From the NCBI RefSeq assembly GCF_017876815.1, contig NZ_JAGIOS010000002.1, forward strand, positions 1,560,001-1,592,000: 32,000 nucleotides of DNA. The letters are read 5' to 3'. The first letter of the stretch is position 1. Each line of letters opens with the position of its first letter. The notes under the pieces were generated by a model. The model worked only from the letters and a program-made list of their open reading frames with translations. It did no database searches and was not told the origin of the DNA. The DNA comes from Sinorhizobium meliloti (GTDB lineage Bacteria; Pseudomonadota; Alphaproteobacteria; Rhizobiales; Rhizobiaceae). Below are positions 7,464 to 16,642 of this stretch, piece by piece. The position numbers and the translations under genes are program-made.

Positions 7464-9452
7464 CTAAGCGACATTCGACGGGCGCGTGATCGAAGGTCTC
7501 GCCGCGGGAGCATGAAGCGTGTTGACGTCCGCGTCCGCCCGTTCGGGGAATGCTCCATTGCCGCGGACGCGATGCCAGCGGCCAGCCGGGATGCGCTTGG
7601 ACGTGATGACGAAGCCGCCATAGTGGTGGCGCCTGTGGATTTCCGGATTGACCTGATTGATCACTGTGCCGATCAGATGCGCATGGTTCATCCGGAGCTG
7701 TGCAGCGGCTTCCAGCAACTGCTCTTCAGTCGTTTTACCCCAATTGGCTATAAGGACCACGCCATCGACAAAGGGTGCCAGCCAAGTCGCATCGCCGGAG
7801 GCGAGCACAGGCGGAGCATGCAGCACGATGAAGTCGTATCCACTTTGCTTGAGGTCCATGATGAGTTCGCAGAGCTTGTCAGAGTCCAGCGATCTGAATG
7901 GCTCCATCATCACATGCGTCGCGTCGATGAACCCGAAACCGGGCAAGGTCGGGATGGACTGCACGATCTCGCCAATGACCGCTTGATTTCTGAGATAGCG
8001 TTCGATTGGTTCCGGTGAACGTTCGATGCTTTTCAGATAGGGAACGTTGTGGCGATTGAAATCGAGATTGACGAAGGCGGTAGGGCGGCCATCCGCTGCT
8101 GCGGCTGTCGCGATGCCCCAAGCTGTCGACGCGTTTGCGATGTTGTGAACGCAGGAGGTGACCATCACGATGCGCCGCAGTTGCTTTGCGTCGGAATAGC
8201 GACCGGCCATATAGACCGCCCGCTCCGCTTCGGCGGACGTGAAATTGCTCCAGTCCGGAATGCACGAGGATCGCTTCGCGCCCGGAGAGGTGAGATGCTT
8301 CGGAATCTTCGGTACATAGCCAAGATTCGGGATCCGCAGCAGTTGCGCCGCGCGCTGTCCGCTACGGACACGGGTGTCGGTCGTTTCCAGCAGGAGCGCG
8401 AGCACGCAGGCCAGCAGCGTGGAGCCGGCGAATGCGGCCGGAATGATAAGTCCGGGCTTAGGAAACGACGGTGAATTGGGGAGTTCCGCTGTCGATACAA
8501 TTCGTGCGCTGGGTTTCAGGGACTCGGCTTCGAGATCGGACAGAATACGCTGAACTTCATCCTCGATCATGCTGCGGATGCCTGCTATCTGCGAATCCGC
8601 ATCGATCATCTGAGGATGATTCTTGCCGTATTTGGCAGCGAGTTCGGCCTTGCTCTGCAGCAACCGGGCCTCTTCGTTCCGCAACGTGATAAGAAGCGGC
8701 TGCGTCATGCTCTGCCGAAGAAAAGCCACTGCACCGCCGGTGTTGAGTGCGCGTTCCTTGTCCGCGACCCGCTCGTCCTGCTTGAATTCGAGCGAAGCTT
8801 CGACATAGAGGGTGGCGATCGTGTTTGCGATTTCCTGGGCGAGTTTCGGATTCTGGTTGGTTACGACAAGCCGCACGGCGAGGCTTTCGCCGGTCCGGCT
8901 CACCTCGAACTGGGACAACAGCGCGGAGATCGCGTGATCCCGTTGCGTCCTCACATCCGGTACGACCCGAACGGTTGTCGAAGAACTGCCAATACCGATG
9001 AATTCCTTGATGTCGTCAACCAGGCCCTGGTCGCCCGACTTGTCCCCGCCCGGCGCATAAGGATTGAAACTGGGATCACCGATGAGGTTCAACCGGTCCA
9101 CGATGCGGCCGGCGAACTTGCGCGACTGCAACACGTCCATCTCGGTTTCCGCCGCCGAACGGTCGCGGTCGATGGATGTCAGAGCTGCATCGGTGGCAAA
9201 TGGCCGGACATCTTTGCGCTCCAGCACCACTTCCGAGCTAGCGGTATAAGTTTTGGGGAGCGAAAAAGAAGCAACTGCAGACAGCAATGTGCAGCCGATG
9301 ATGATTGATGCAAGAAACCAGAACCGCCTCTTGACCACGGCCCAAAGGTCAAAGAGGCCGACCGTAGCCCCGCTCTGCTGAACGGCAAAATCAATGGTTT
9401 CTCGGTGATGAGCGCGGGCAGATAGGCTGCCATCGGGAACGAATGTCGTCAT
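7464..9452 (-). CDS. Polysaccharide co-polymerase (PCP-2a, ExoP/Wzc/GumC-like chain-length determinant) with a degenerate C-terminal BY-kinase-like domain
   Basis: The N-terminal Wzz region has a first TM helix (FWFLASIIIGCTLLSAVASF...YTASSEVVLE). A long periplasmic coiled-coil segment follows, then a second TM helix (GLIIPAAFAGSTLLACVLALLL). The C-terminal P-loop-NTPase-like domain has eroded Walker motifs (see findings). Confidence 0.9.
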   Translation of the reverse strand: MTTFVPDGSLSARAHHRETIDFAVQQSGATVGLFDLWAVVKRRFWFLASIIIGCTLLSAVASFSLPKTYTASSEVVLERKDVRPFATDAALTSIDRDRSAAETEMDVLQSRKFAGRIVDRLNLIGDPSFNPYAPGGDKSGDQGLVDDIKEFIGIGSSSTTVRVVPDVRTQRDHAISALLSQFEVSRTGESLAVRLVVTNQNPKLAQEIANTIATLYVEASLEFKQDERVADKERALNTGGAVAFLRQSMTQPLLITLRNEEARLLQSKAELAAKYGKNHPQMIDADSQIAGIRSMIEDEVQRILSDLEAESLKPSARIVSTAELPNSPSFPKPGLIIPAAFAGSTLLACVLALLLETTDTRVRSGQRAAQLLRIPNLGYVPKIPKHLTSPGAKRSSCIPDWSNFTSAEAERAVYMAGRYSDAKQLRRIVMVTSCVHNIANASTAWGIATAAAADGRPTAFVNLDFNRHNVPYLKSIERSPEPIERYLRNQAVIGEIVQSIPTLPGFGFIDATHVMMEPFRSLDSDKLCELIMDLKQSGYDFIVLHAPPVLASGDATWLAPFVDGVVLIANWGKTTEEQLLEAAAQLRMNHAHLIGTVINQVNPEIHRRHHYGGFVITSKRIPAGRWHRVRGNGAFPERADADVNTLHAPAARPSITRPSNVA

Positions 9453-9540
9453 GGAAACCTGCTAATATTAAAAAATTTTCTATATTTTGTTACGTTAGTA
9501 AAATATTGAATAAGGCGCAATGAATTAGTTCAATGCTACC
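9453..9540 (-). promoter_or_regulatory. Strongly AT-rich upstream region of the PCP gene (promoter/regulator-binding candidate)
   Basis: By my count 9461-9530 contains 15 G+C of 70 nt in an otherwise GC-rich window. Several -35/-10-like hexamers are possible and none is uniquely convincing. Confidence 0.3.
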
Positions 9541-9765
9541 CAGATCTACTTCGGCTGCACAAGCACGTTGTCTTTAACCAGCGCCCTCGGGCATGCCGCG
9601 GCGCAGATGAAGTCGCAGGTACTATGTCAATACGCCCGCATCAAAAACGAAGGGCGTCACGATCTTGACAATACCCCGGATTTCGCGGCACGGCCAGCAA
9701 AAATCGAGACCTGAATGTTCTCGGTTGCAGACGGCGCCCGTTGCTTGGGACGTCGCTTGCACGGT

Positions 9766-11058
9766 TCACGAGATTTGAACCTTGGTTGATCCAGCACCTC
9801 TCAGCTGCGTAAGGCCTAGTCCGAAACACAGAAGAATCGGCATGGTCCAATATCGCGCATACATATGCGGATTGAAGAGGGCGATTACCAGGAAGACCAG
9901 GATTGTCGTCACCACCGCCGCGAGCGCGCGTTTGTCTCCGCCAACCTTCAAGATCGCGAGCGCCAGCAGCATGCCGACGCCGGAAAACATCAACCAGCCG
10001 ACAAGCGCGAGCAATCCACCCTCGACCCAGAGGAGAAGATAAATATTGTGAACCGGGGCGCTTTGAACGCTTCTCTCACGGAATTGATCCGCACCGAGCC
10101 CCACGAGCCGGATCTGTTCCTCCGAGATTATATGAGCCGCTTCCTCCATCAGCGCGGCTCTGGAGAGGAACGTCCCCGCTTCGGATATGTCACCGGAGGA
10201 CAACGCGCCCAAAACCCGCGTCTGGAATGTCTTTGGCAGCATCTCCTTATTGCCGAATAGTGCCGCGCCGCCAACGACGATGCCGGCGCCAAGCGCCAGT
10301 CGCAAGAGCAGCCGCGGCGTCGAAATCATCGCAATGAAGACGGCAAGACATAGCGCGGTTGAAAACAGGCCGCTGTTCGAACTTGTCAGGACGACCGTGA
10401 CGATGACGATAACGAGGGCGGGCAAAGCGAGGTATGATTTCACGCGGCCCGAAGACCAGAAGAACAGCAGAATCGGCAGCGTAAGGGCGTTTATCGCCGC
10501 GGCAAGGTTCGGATTTCGCAACACGGTAGCCAGGCGCTTCCCGCCGGTCACGACGCCTTTACCTTCTCCGGGCACATACCCGACAGTATAGAACGTGATG
10601 ATACCGTGAATGTCGATGAGAATGACGCTGACCAGGAAGATGCCGGCCAGCCGATAGGCTTCCCTCGGGTCCTCACGGATGAGGATGACCATCAAGATCA
10701 GATAAGCGAAGAGATATTGCCCCATCACGATCAGTCCGCGCTGAGGACTGCCGTGGAACAGGCTGCCGAGCATGATCCCGATGAACAACAGCGTGAAAGC
10801 GCAGAGCCATATCGACGTCGTCTGTTCGAGCGGCCTGCTCCTGATACGCCCGGTGATCAAAAGAAGGAACAGGCTCAAGCAAAAGAAGAAATCGCTGAAT
10901 GTGAAGAAAAGTTCGGAAAACCGTAATGTCGCGTAGGGCGCCAGGAAGACGGCCAAATAGACGACGGCACGTTCGATCGCCGCAAGGCGAAGGTTTGTTC
11001 TGCTGGGCTGACTAGCAAAACGAAGTTGATGTGCCGTTGTCATACCGGTTTCTGACAC
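9766..11058 (-). CDS. Wzy-type polysaccharide polymerase / O-antigen-ligase-family membrane protein (ExoQ-like)
   Basis: The protein has about 10 or more hydrophobic helices. It carries the Wzy_C-type motif APVHNIYLLLWVEGGLLALVGWLMF after a larger hydrophilic loop. Confidence 0.85.
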   Translation of the reverse strand: MSETGMTTAHQLRFASQPSRTNLRLAAIERAVVYLAVFLAPYATLRFSELFFTFSDFFFCLSLFLLLITGRIRSRPLEQTTSIWLCAFTLLFIGIMLGSLFHGSPQRGLIVMGQYLFAYLILMVILIREDPREAYRLAGIFLVSVILIDIHGIITFYTVGYVPGEGKGVVTGGKRLATVLRNPNLAAAINALTLPILLFFWSSGRVKSYLALPALVIVIVTVVLTSSNSGLFSTALCLAVFIAMISTPRLLLRLALGAGIVVGGAALFGNKEMLPKTFQTRVLGALSSGDISEAGTFLSRAALMEEAAHIISEEQIRLVGLGADQFRERSVQSAPVHNIYLLLWVEGGLLALVGWLMFSGVGMLLALAILKVGGDKRALAAVVTTILVFLVIALFNPHMYARYWTMPILLCFGLGLTQLRGAGSTKVQIS

Positions 11059-11093
11059 GATTGCCTCACACCGTTATCTATTCCAAGTTTTGC

Positions 11094-12347
11094 TCATCCC
11101 GCTCTTGCGGAGCGCTGCATGGCGGCCATGCCGCCTGTGAGCTCTTCGTAGACCGATGTAATCGCATGAACGTGGCGCTCGAAACTGAAACGGGCACGTA
11201 CTTCGCTGCGCGCCGTTTCCACGATGCGATCGCGAAGCGCGGCATCGCTGAATAGTTTGAGGCAAGCCCTGGCGAATTCATCCGGATCGTCGGCGCGCAC
11301 GAGCATGCCGGTCCGGCCATCTTCAACCACTTCCGGATTTCCGCCGGAGTCGGCCGCGACGACCGGCGTACCGAGCAGCATCGCTTCGACAAGGGTTCTT
11401 CCGAGCGGTTCGCTGACCGCCGTCACCAGCAAAGCGTCCAGCCCTGCGATCCACGGCTCGCCCGGATAACGAAAGCCCATGAAGTGAATGCAATCGGCAA
11501 CTCCGAGCGCCTGGGCGCGCGATTTTGCGGCCTCGTCAAGACCGTTGAGCGCATTGCCGAAAAATAGGCCGGCAACCTTGGTCTCAGGCGACAGGCGCTT
11601 CAGCGCGGCAACCGCTTCGACAAACAGGATCGGCCGCTTGCGGTCCACCAGGGTCCCGACATAACCGAGAAGCTTCGTCTCCGGCGAACACCCAATCGCG
11701 GCCAGCACGTTGTTGCGGGCTTCCTCGCGCTCGAACCCCGCCATCTTCGTGACGTCGAAGGGGCTGTGCACGACGCTGCATTTGCTCGCGGCCGAGAAGA
11801 TCCCCGGGCGGGGCGATGCGAATTTCGACACGGCCACCAATCGGTTTGGAAGCCATGGCGCCACGCGGCGCAGACCGAACGAAGTCGCGTCGCCGCGATG
11901 ATGCCAGAGATGCTTCGCCCCTGCGACGCGCGCAGCGAGACCCCAGATGAGATGTGTGCGGCCATCATTCGTGTGTACGATCGAGGCATTGCTCGCTCGC
12001 AGGAATCGGACGAGCGCAGGAAGTGTGCGCATGACATTAACGACTGCGGCGCCATTGCGCGGAGCCGCTCGCGCCAGGCGGTTCAGAACCGGAGCGGCGA
12101 CAAAGTCGACGCCCTCGCGGCGAAACAAATCCGCGACCGGTCCATCGGTATCGTGCAGGACGACTAGCGGCACGAAGCGCGACCTGGGGAGATTCCGTAT
12201 CAGGCCGAGCGAGGACATGTGGCTCCCGCCGACGAGATCTCCAATGAAGGGGAGGCACACAATCACCTGATGACCGCCGGCTATGTTGGGCGTTTCCGGT
12301 TGGCGAAGATCAACTGCTGCAGAAGACGTCATTACCTTAGATCCCAA
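11094..12347 (-). CDS. GT4-family glycosyltransferase (GT-B fold)
   Basis: The C-terminal E-x7-E region reads VSEPLGRTLVEAMLLGTPVVAADSGGNPEVVEDGRTGMLV. The track start is a TTG; the ATG at 12332 is an alternative. Confidence 0.9.
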   Translation of the reverse strand: MGSKVMTSSAAVDLRQPETPNIAGGHQVIVCLPFIGDLVGGSHMSSLGLIRNLPRSRFVPLVVLHDTDGPVADLFRREGVDFVAAPVLNRLARAAPRNGAAVVNVMRTLPALVRFLRASNASIVHTNDGRTHLIWGLAARVAGAKHLWHHRGDATSFGLRRVAPWLPNRLVAVSKFASPRPGIFSAASKCSVVHSPFDVTKMAGFEREEARNNVLAAIGCSPETKLLGYVGTLVDRKRPILFVEAVAALKRLSPETKVAGLFFGNALNGLDEAAKSRAQALGVADCIHFMGFRYPGEPWIAGLDALLVTAVSEPLGRTLVEAMLLGTPVVAADSGGNPEVVEDGRTGMLVRADDPDEFARACLKLFSDAALRDRIVETARSEVRARFSFERHVHAITSVYEELTGGMAAMQRSARAG

Positions 12348-12393
12348 AGGAACTGATGAAAGACCCGGTGACCTGGCAAAGCCGGGCCAGAGG

Positions 12394-13320
12394 TCATTTC
12401 TCGGGGCTTCTGTTCCTCAGCCAGTCCGTCAGATCCCTTCCGACGAGGGCGCCGAGTTTTTCCGTTTCAGGCGCGAAGTAATCGGTCATCCGCGCGCGCA
12501 GGTCATGGCTGAGCGGTGCGTATTGAAGCTCGCCGGCAATCAGCGAGCGCAGTTTCTTGAAGCCGGTATTCTGCCGGAATGGAGCAGCCACCGGCTTCAA
12601 GGGACGCAGGAGCCGGCGCAGGGTCGGATTGACGACCGGTTCCGATTTGTCCTTCACCTTTTTTGCAAGCGGCTTCAGCGGAACATCGGCTTCGAGCCCG
12701 AGGAAGCCGCGAACGCGGGCGAGTTGGGCGCGGGCGTCGATCTTCAGGTCCTCGTAGAGGAGGACCAGAATCTGCTCCGCGGGGAAGCGGTCGAGATAAC
12801 CCTGCAACTGCTGATAATAAAGACCGCCGTTCAGGAAGCGCCCGCCGGCCCCTTGACGTGGGTCGAGGTACTGGGCGATGTCGCGCCCGACCTCGGCTCG
12901 GCGATAAAGCATGCAATAGTCGGAATAGGCCCGGTCCACCGGATTGCGAAGCTGCGCTATCAGGCGGGCCTCGGGCAGCTTTTCCTTTATTCTTTCTGCC
13001 GCTTCCGGCACATCCATGTAGGAGTTGGATTTTTCGCCATGCAGCAGCCGGTGCTCCTGGTCCGCGAAATGTTCCAGATACCATTCGTCGCCGCGCTCGT
13101 AATAGCGGCTGAAATAGTGCAGTTCCGGATCGGGCATGAATATGCCCGGGTCCTGCTGCAGCGATTGCTGAAGCCACGTCGTCGCGCTTTTCGTCGCTCC
13201 GATTATCAGAAAATCGATATCCCGCATTTCCATCTTTGGCCCTCTCTCGATCGCCTCACGGACGATTGCACCGAAACGATCGGTTCGCCGCCCCGCAACG
13301 GGCTTTTGTTCCTGGGTCAA
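12394..13320 (-). CDS. Sulfotransferase, Sulfotransfer_1-like (ST-B)
   Basis: It has a 5-prime-PSB loop FLIIGATKSATTWLQQSL and a 3-prime-PB motif IAQLRNPVDRAYSDY. The longest ORF starts at the TTG at 13320. The ATG at 13233 (MEMRDIDFLIIG, preceded by GAGAGAGGG) is the more plausible start. Confidence 0.9.
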   Translation of the reverse strand: MTQEQKPVAGRRTDRFGAIVREAIERGPKMEMRDIDFLIIGATKSATTWLQQSLQQDPGIFMPDPELHYFSRYYERGDEWYLEHFADQEHRLLHGEKSNSYMDVPEAAERIKEKLPEARLIAQLRNPVDRAYSDYCMLYRRAEVGRDIAQYLDPRQGAGGRFLNGGLYYQQLQGYLDRFPAEQILVLLYEDLKIDARAQLARVRGFLGLEADVPLKPLAKKVKDKSEPVVNPTLRRLLRPLKPVAAPFRQNTGFKKLRSLIAGELQYAPLSHDLRARMTDYFAPETEKLGALVGRDLTDWLRNRSPEK

Positions 13321-13522
13321 ACAGTGCTTCCGAAATTCGCTAACGTGAACGAGGTGCCGCTACGGCCGGCCGACGGTATGAATGTACAGGTTGAGGTTCC
13401 GCAGCGAAGCAGCACAATTTGCGCGAAGAATCCGGAAAAGGCGACCTCAGTTTAAGTGTTAATCCTGGCAATAGTTGAAATAAATAAAATCTGGTGGCGA
13501 ATTTCACAGAAAAACAGGCTGG

Positions 13523-13549
13523 AGGCAAGATGCATCTTTGATTTTGCCT
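13523..13549 (-). terminator. Bulged hairpin with a perfect 12-bp palindrome just downstream of the flippase stop (weak terminator/operator candidate)
   Basis: AGGCAA (13523-13528) pairs with TTGCCT (13544-13549). The inner AAGATGCATCTT (13527-13538) is a perfect palindrome. On the - strand a TTTTT run follows about 8 nt later. Confidence 0.25.
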
Positions 13550-13557
13550 TTCAAGTC

Positions 13558-14910
13558 TCACGGCGCAGGGGTTCGGCGGTAGCTCAGCATCATCGTCGAC
13601 AGCCAGATCGACGCCATGACGATGTGGGCGACGTTCGCCCCCATCGCGCCTATGACCGGAATGAGGGCGAATGCGGTGGCATGAAAGCCGATCGCAGCGA
13701 TCGTGACGCTGCGCAGTATTTCGTTTTCGCGTCCCATCGCGAGAAGTGCCGAGCGGATGACGGCGCCGCACAGGGTCATGGTCACTGCGACCGACTGCAC
13801 GACGACGAGGGGACCCGCGGCTGCGAAATCCGGCCCGGCGGCCCAGGTCAGCAGCGGGCCGATCACGAGGTAGAGACCACCGATCAGAAGCAGCCCGAAC
13901 CCCAGAAGCAATCCCTGCATCTGTGCGACCGCGCGGTGGAAGGCGCTAAGCGCCTTGGTAGCCCATGCCCGAGCGAGCTCCGGATAGAGGACCGCCTGAA
14001 CCTGCACGCCGGCCTGCTGCGCGATGCGGCCGATGCGTTTGGCGATGTGATACAATCCGGCGGAGGTCGGATCGGCAAGATAGCCGACGAGGAGCGTGTC
14101 GAGCTCATTGGCGCTTGAACGAATGGTGAGCGAGAGGTTCGCCGAGATCGCGAATTTCCACAGACCCGGAAACCGCTTGGTAATGCCGTGAAGCGGAGCG
14201 CTCATCAGGCCCGAAAGGACGCCCTGCCGGCGCAGTTCGGCCAGCGAAAAAAGCACCAGGACGACGGTGCCGATGATCTGGGCCGACATCCAGATCAGCG
14301 CGAATTCGAACAGGCCTGCGCCGGTGGCGACGCCGATGGCGCAAAGAACGACTCTCAGCACGCTCGTGACCACCTGGCCATAGGCGATCGCCATAAAGCG
14401 CCCGTATAGGCGCAGCACGGCGGTCGGCATGCCGGAGACCTGGAACGGCAGGACCGTGCAGTAGAGGATGGCAAGGTCCGCCCCGTCTCCCGATATGCCA
14501 AGCCAGGGCGCGGCCACCAGAATGAGCAGGACGGCAACCAGCCATCCCACCAGTGCCGCGGAGATATCGAGCAGCAGGCCGAACTTGAGCAAGGCCCGAA
14601 GTTCGGTCGCATCGTCGGCGTTCTCCGCGAGCGAATGCGCGCCGTACTTGATCAGTGGCTGCCACGACTGGAAGCTGACGATCCGCTCGACCGCGCGTGT
14701 GTAGGAGAAGCATAGCGCGAGAATGCCGTAGCCTGCCGGACCGAGTGCCCTGGCTGTGAGCGCAAAGCCGATAAGGCCGATGACCGAGCTCAAAATGTTT
14801 CCCGTGAGCAGGTGCGCAATGCTTTGCAGGCGCTCCAGCAGCGTTTTCTCGCGACTGAGAATTTGCCGCAAGCTGCCGATTTTCTTGAGAAGCTTCTTTC
14901 GGAACGCCAC
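13558..14910 (-). CDS. Wzx-type (MOP superfamily) polysaccharide flippase
   Basis: About 12 hydrophobic segments are visible. The N-terminus AHLLTGNILSSVIGLIGFALTARALGPAGYGILAL is typical of polysaccharide-biosynthesis (Polysacc_synt) transporters. It starts at a GTG. Confidence 0.85.
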   Translation of the reverse strand: MAFRKKLLKKIGSLRQILSREKTLLERLQSIAHLLTGNILSSVIGLIGFALTARALGPAGYGILALCFSYTRAVERIVSFQSWQPLIKYGAHSLAENADDATELRALLKFGLLLDISAALVGWLVAVLLILVAAPWLGISGDGADLAILYCTVLPFQVSGMPTAVLRLYGRFMAIAYGQVVTSVLRVVLCAIGVATGAGLFEFALIWMSAQIIGTVVLVLFSLAELRRQGVLSGLMSAPLHGITKRFPGLWKFAISANLSLTIRSSANELDTLLVGYLADPTSAGLYHIAKRIGRIAQQAGVQVQAVLYPELARAWATKALSAFHRAVAQMQGLLLGFGLLLIGGLYLVIGPLLTWAAGPDFAAAGPLVVVQSVAVTMTLCGAVIRSALLAMGRENEILRSVTIAAIGFHATAFALIPVIGAMGANVAHIVMASIWLSTMMLSYRRTPAP

Positions 14911-14992
14911 TGGAACCGCCTATGTTTTAAGAGATAAGTTAAAAGGTATATGCAAATGCTGTGTGCGGAGCCGGTAGTCGTACGCCGCTCAG

Positions 14993-15007
14993 GGCGGACC
15001 GTCCGCC
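14993..15007. promoter_or_regulatory. 15-bp palindrome GGCGGAC-C-GTCCGCC in a divergent promoter region (operator candidate)
   Basis: It has perfect 7-bp arms around a single central base. It lies between the divergently transcribed flippase and OPX operons. Confidence 0.25.
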
Positions 15008-15246
15008 ATGATTTCTCGTATAGGCTTAAGTGAATCTCGTCAGAGGAAGAGCCGGCGAAAACCGTGCAGACAAGCTCGCAAGGCGTCCGCATTTGTCGCA
15101 AGGTGAGTCGCCCTTTCCCCCGCCAACGCTCCTCTAAAAATGCAATAAGTTTCTGCAACCGTTTGAAATATTATAAACTTTTCATCCATGAGAGGGATGG
15201 CTCAAGGATCAAAGCCAACAATGAGGCTGCGAATATTTAAAAACCT

Positions 15247-15276
15247 TTGACGTGATAGCGCGTCGAAGAATATAGT
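15247..15276 (+). promoter_or_regulatory. Sigma-70-like promoter candidate for the OPX-PGT-deacetylase-aminotransferase operon
   Basis: The elements are TTGACG (15247-15252), an 18-nt spacer and TATAGT (15271-15276). They sit about 55 nt upstream of the ATG at 15330, which has a GGAGG 7 nt upstream. Confidence 0.3.
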
Positions 15277-15329
15277 CGCCCAATATTTTTTGGTAGAGTT
15301 TTCTTTATTCCTTTTTTGGAGGCTGTGAG

Positions 15330-16580
15330 ATGGGGATTTCACCGGCCGTTTATAGGACCATTTTGCCCCGTTGGAAGCTTGGGGCGTTCCTGCTGATGGT
15401 TCTTTGGACGCTTGCGTTCCCGATGATTACGTCTATGCCCGCTCAGGCCGGTGACTACCGGCTCAACTCGGGAGATGTTCTGACCTTCGACTTCCTTGAC
15501 GATGCCGAGCTGCCGGTTACCGCGACCGTGTCGGGCGCCGGCGTGGCGCAATTTCCACTCATCGGCGGGGTCGAGGTCGTCGGGCTCACGGTGCCGGAAG
15601 CACTGGCGAAGCTCCGTGGCGAGTACCGCAGGCGCGACGTTCTCGTCGATCCGAAAATCTCTCTCGATATTTCGACTTTTCGGCCGATTTTCGTGCTCGG
15701 AGAGGTCAAGACTCCGGGCTCGTTTCCTTTCTACAGCGGGCTGACCGTCGAGCAGGCCATCGGTCTGGCCGGGGGCATGCAGGTCGCTGCAGCGAGCGCA
15801 TCCGACCGGATCGTCGCACGCGCCCGTCTGCGTGCGGAGGCAGAGGCCGCCAACGCCGAGATCATCCACGAGGCCATCTATGCGGCGAGGCTCGTGGCTC
15901 AGTTGAAATCCAGCGACAAGATTGACCTCGCCGATGTGCCTGAGGTGGCACGCGACTATGTGACCGGCGTGCCCCTCGATGGCGTGATAGAGCTCGAAGA
16001 AAAGATTCTGAAGGCGGACCTCGCCGCAAACAAGTCGCAAGCGCAGATCCTGGCCGAGGGCATAACCCAGTCCGAAGGCGGCATCGAGATACTGAACCAA
16101 CTCATCCTGCAGCAAAAGGACGTGGTCCAGAACAGCAAGGAAGATGTGGAGCGTATCGCTACCTTGCGCAAGCGCGGGCTGAACACCGAGAGCGATCTTT
16201 CCCGCGCGGAGAACAGTGCTTCGGCCGAACAGGCTCAGCTTCTCGAGACCTTCGCCACACTTGCGCGATCGCGCCAGGAGTTGAGCGGGTTGAAGCTGCA
16301 GCTGGCAAAGCTTGCAGCCGACCGTGAGAAGGACATACTGACGCAGCTTCAAGCGCGTGAGATCGCTATCAAAAAGCTGATTTCTGGAAAGCACTCCGCC
16401 GAAGAGCAAATACTCCTCATGGCGGCGGTGGCCGAAGACGAGTCCAAGAAAAATCAGATTTCATATACCTATGAGATTCGGCGGAATCCGGTCGGCGGTA
16501 CGCCGGCCAGCATAAAGGCGTCCACCCTGACTGAACTCGTTCCGGGCGACGTGCTCATGGTGTCAATTGCCGGAATGTAA
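15330..16580 (+). CDS. Outer-membrane/periplasmic polysaccharide export protein (OPX; Wza/ExoF/GumB-like)
   Basis: It has a signal peptide (LLMVLWTLAFPMITSMPAQA). A Poly_export domain follows (YRLNSGDVLTFDF...VSGAGVAQFPLIGGVEVVGLTVPEALAKL...FVLGEVKTPGSFPF...LTVEQAIGLAGG), then a long coiled-coil region as in ExoF-type proteins. Confidence 0.9.
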   Translation: MGISPAVYRTILPRWKLGAFLLMVLWTLAFPMITSMPAQAGDYRLNSGDVLTFDFLDDAELPVTATVSGAGVAQFPLIGGVEVVGLTVPEALAKLRGEYRRRDVLVDPKISLDISTFRPIFVLGEVKTPGSFPFYSGLTVEQAIGLAGGMQVAAASASDRIVARARLRAEAEAANAEIIHEAIYAARLVAQLKSSDKIDLADVPEVARDYVTGVPLDGVIELEEKILKADLAANKSQAQILAEGITQSEGGIEILNQLILQQKDVVQNSKEDVERIATLRKRGLNTESDLSRAENSASAEQAQLLETFATLARSRQELSGLKLQLAKLAADREKDILTQLQAREIAIKKLISGKHSAEEQILLMAAVAEDESKKNQISYTYEIRRNPVGGTPASIKASTLTELVPGDVLMVSIAGM

Positions 16581-16642
16581 GACTTAAATTCAGAGATTTT
16601 GAAAACACGCTCTATGCGCTTCTGCGCCAAGGGAATATTGAG

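Noticed and set aside
12283-13455. 390-aa plus-strand ORF
   Set aside because: It is an antisense shadow of sulfotransferase ST-B, and only the minus frame carries the PAPS-binding motifs.
15339-16409. 356-aa minus-strand ORF
   Set aside because: It is antisense to the OPX/ExoF-like gene, which has Poly_export motifs, a signal peptide and a good RBS.
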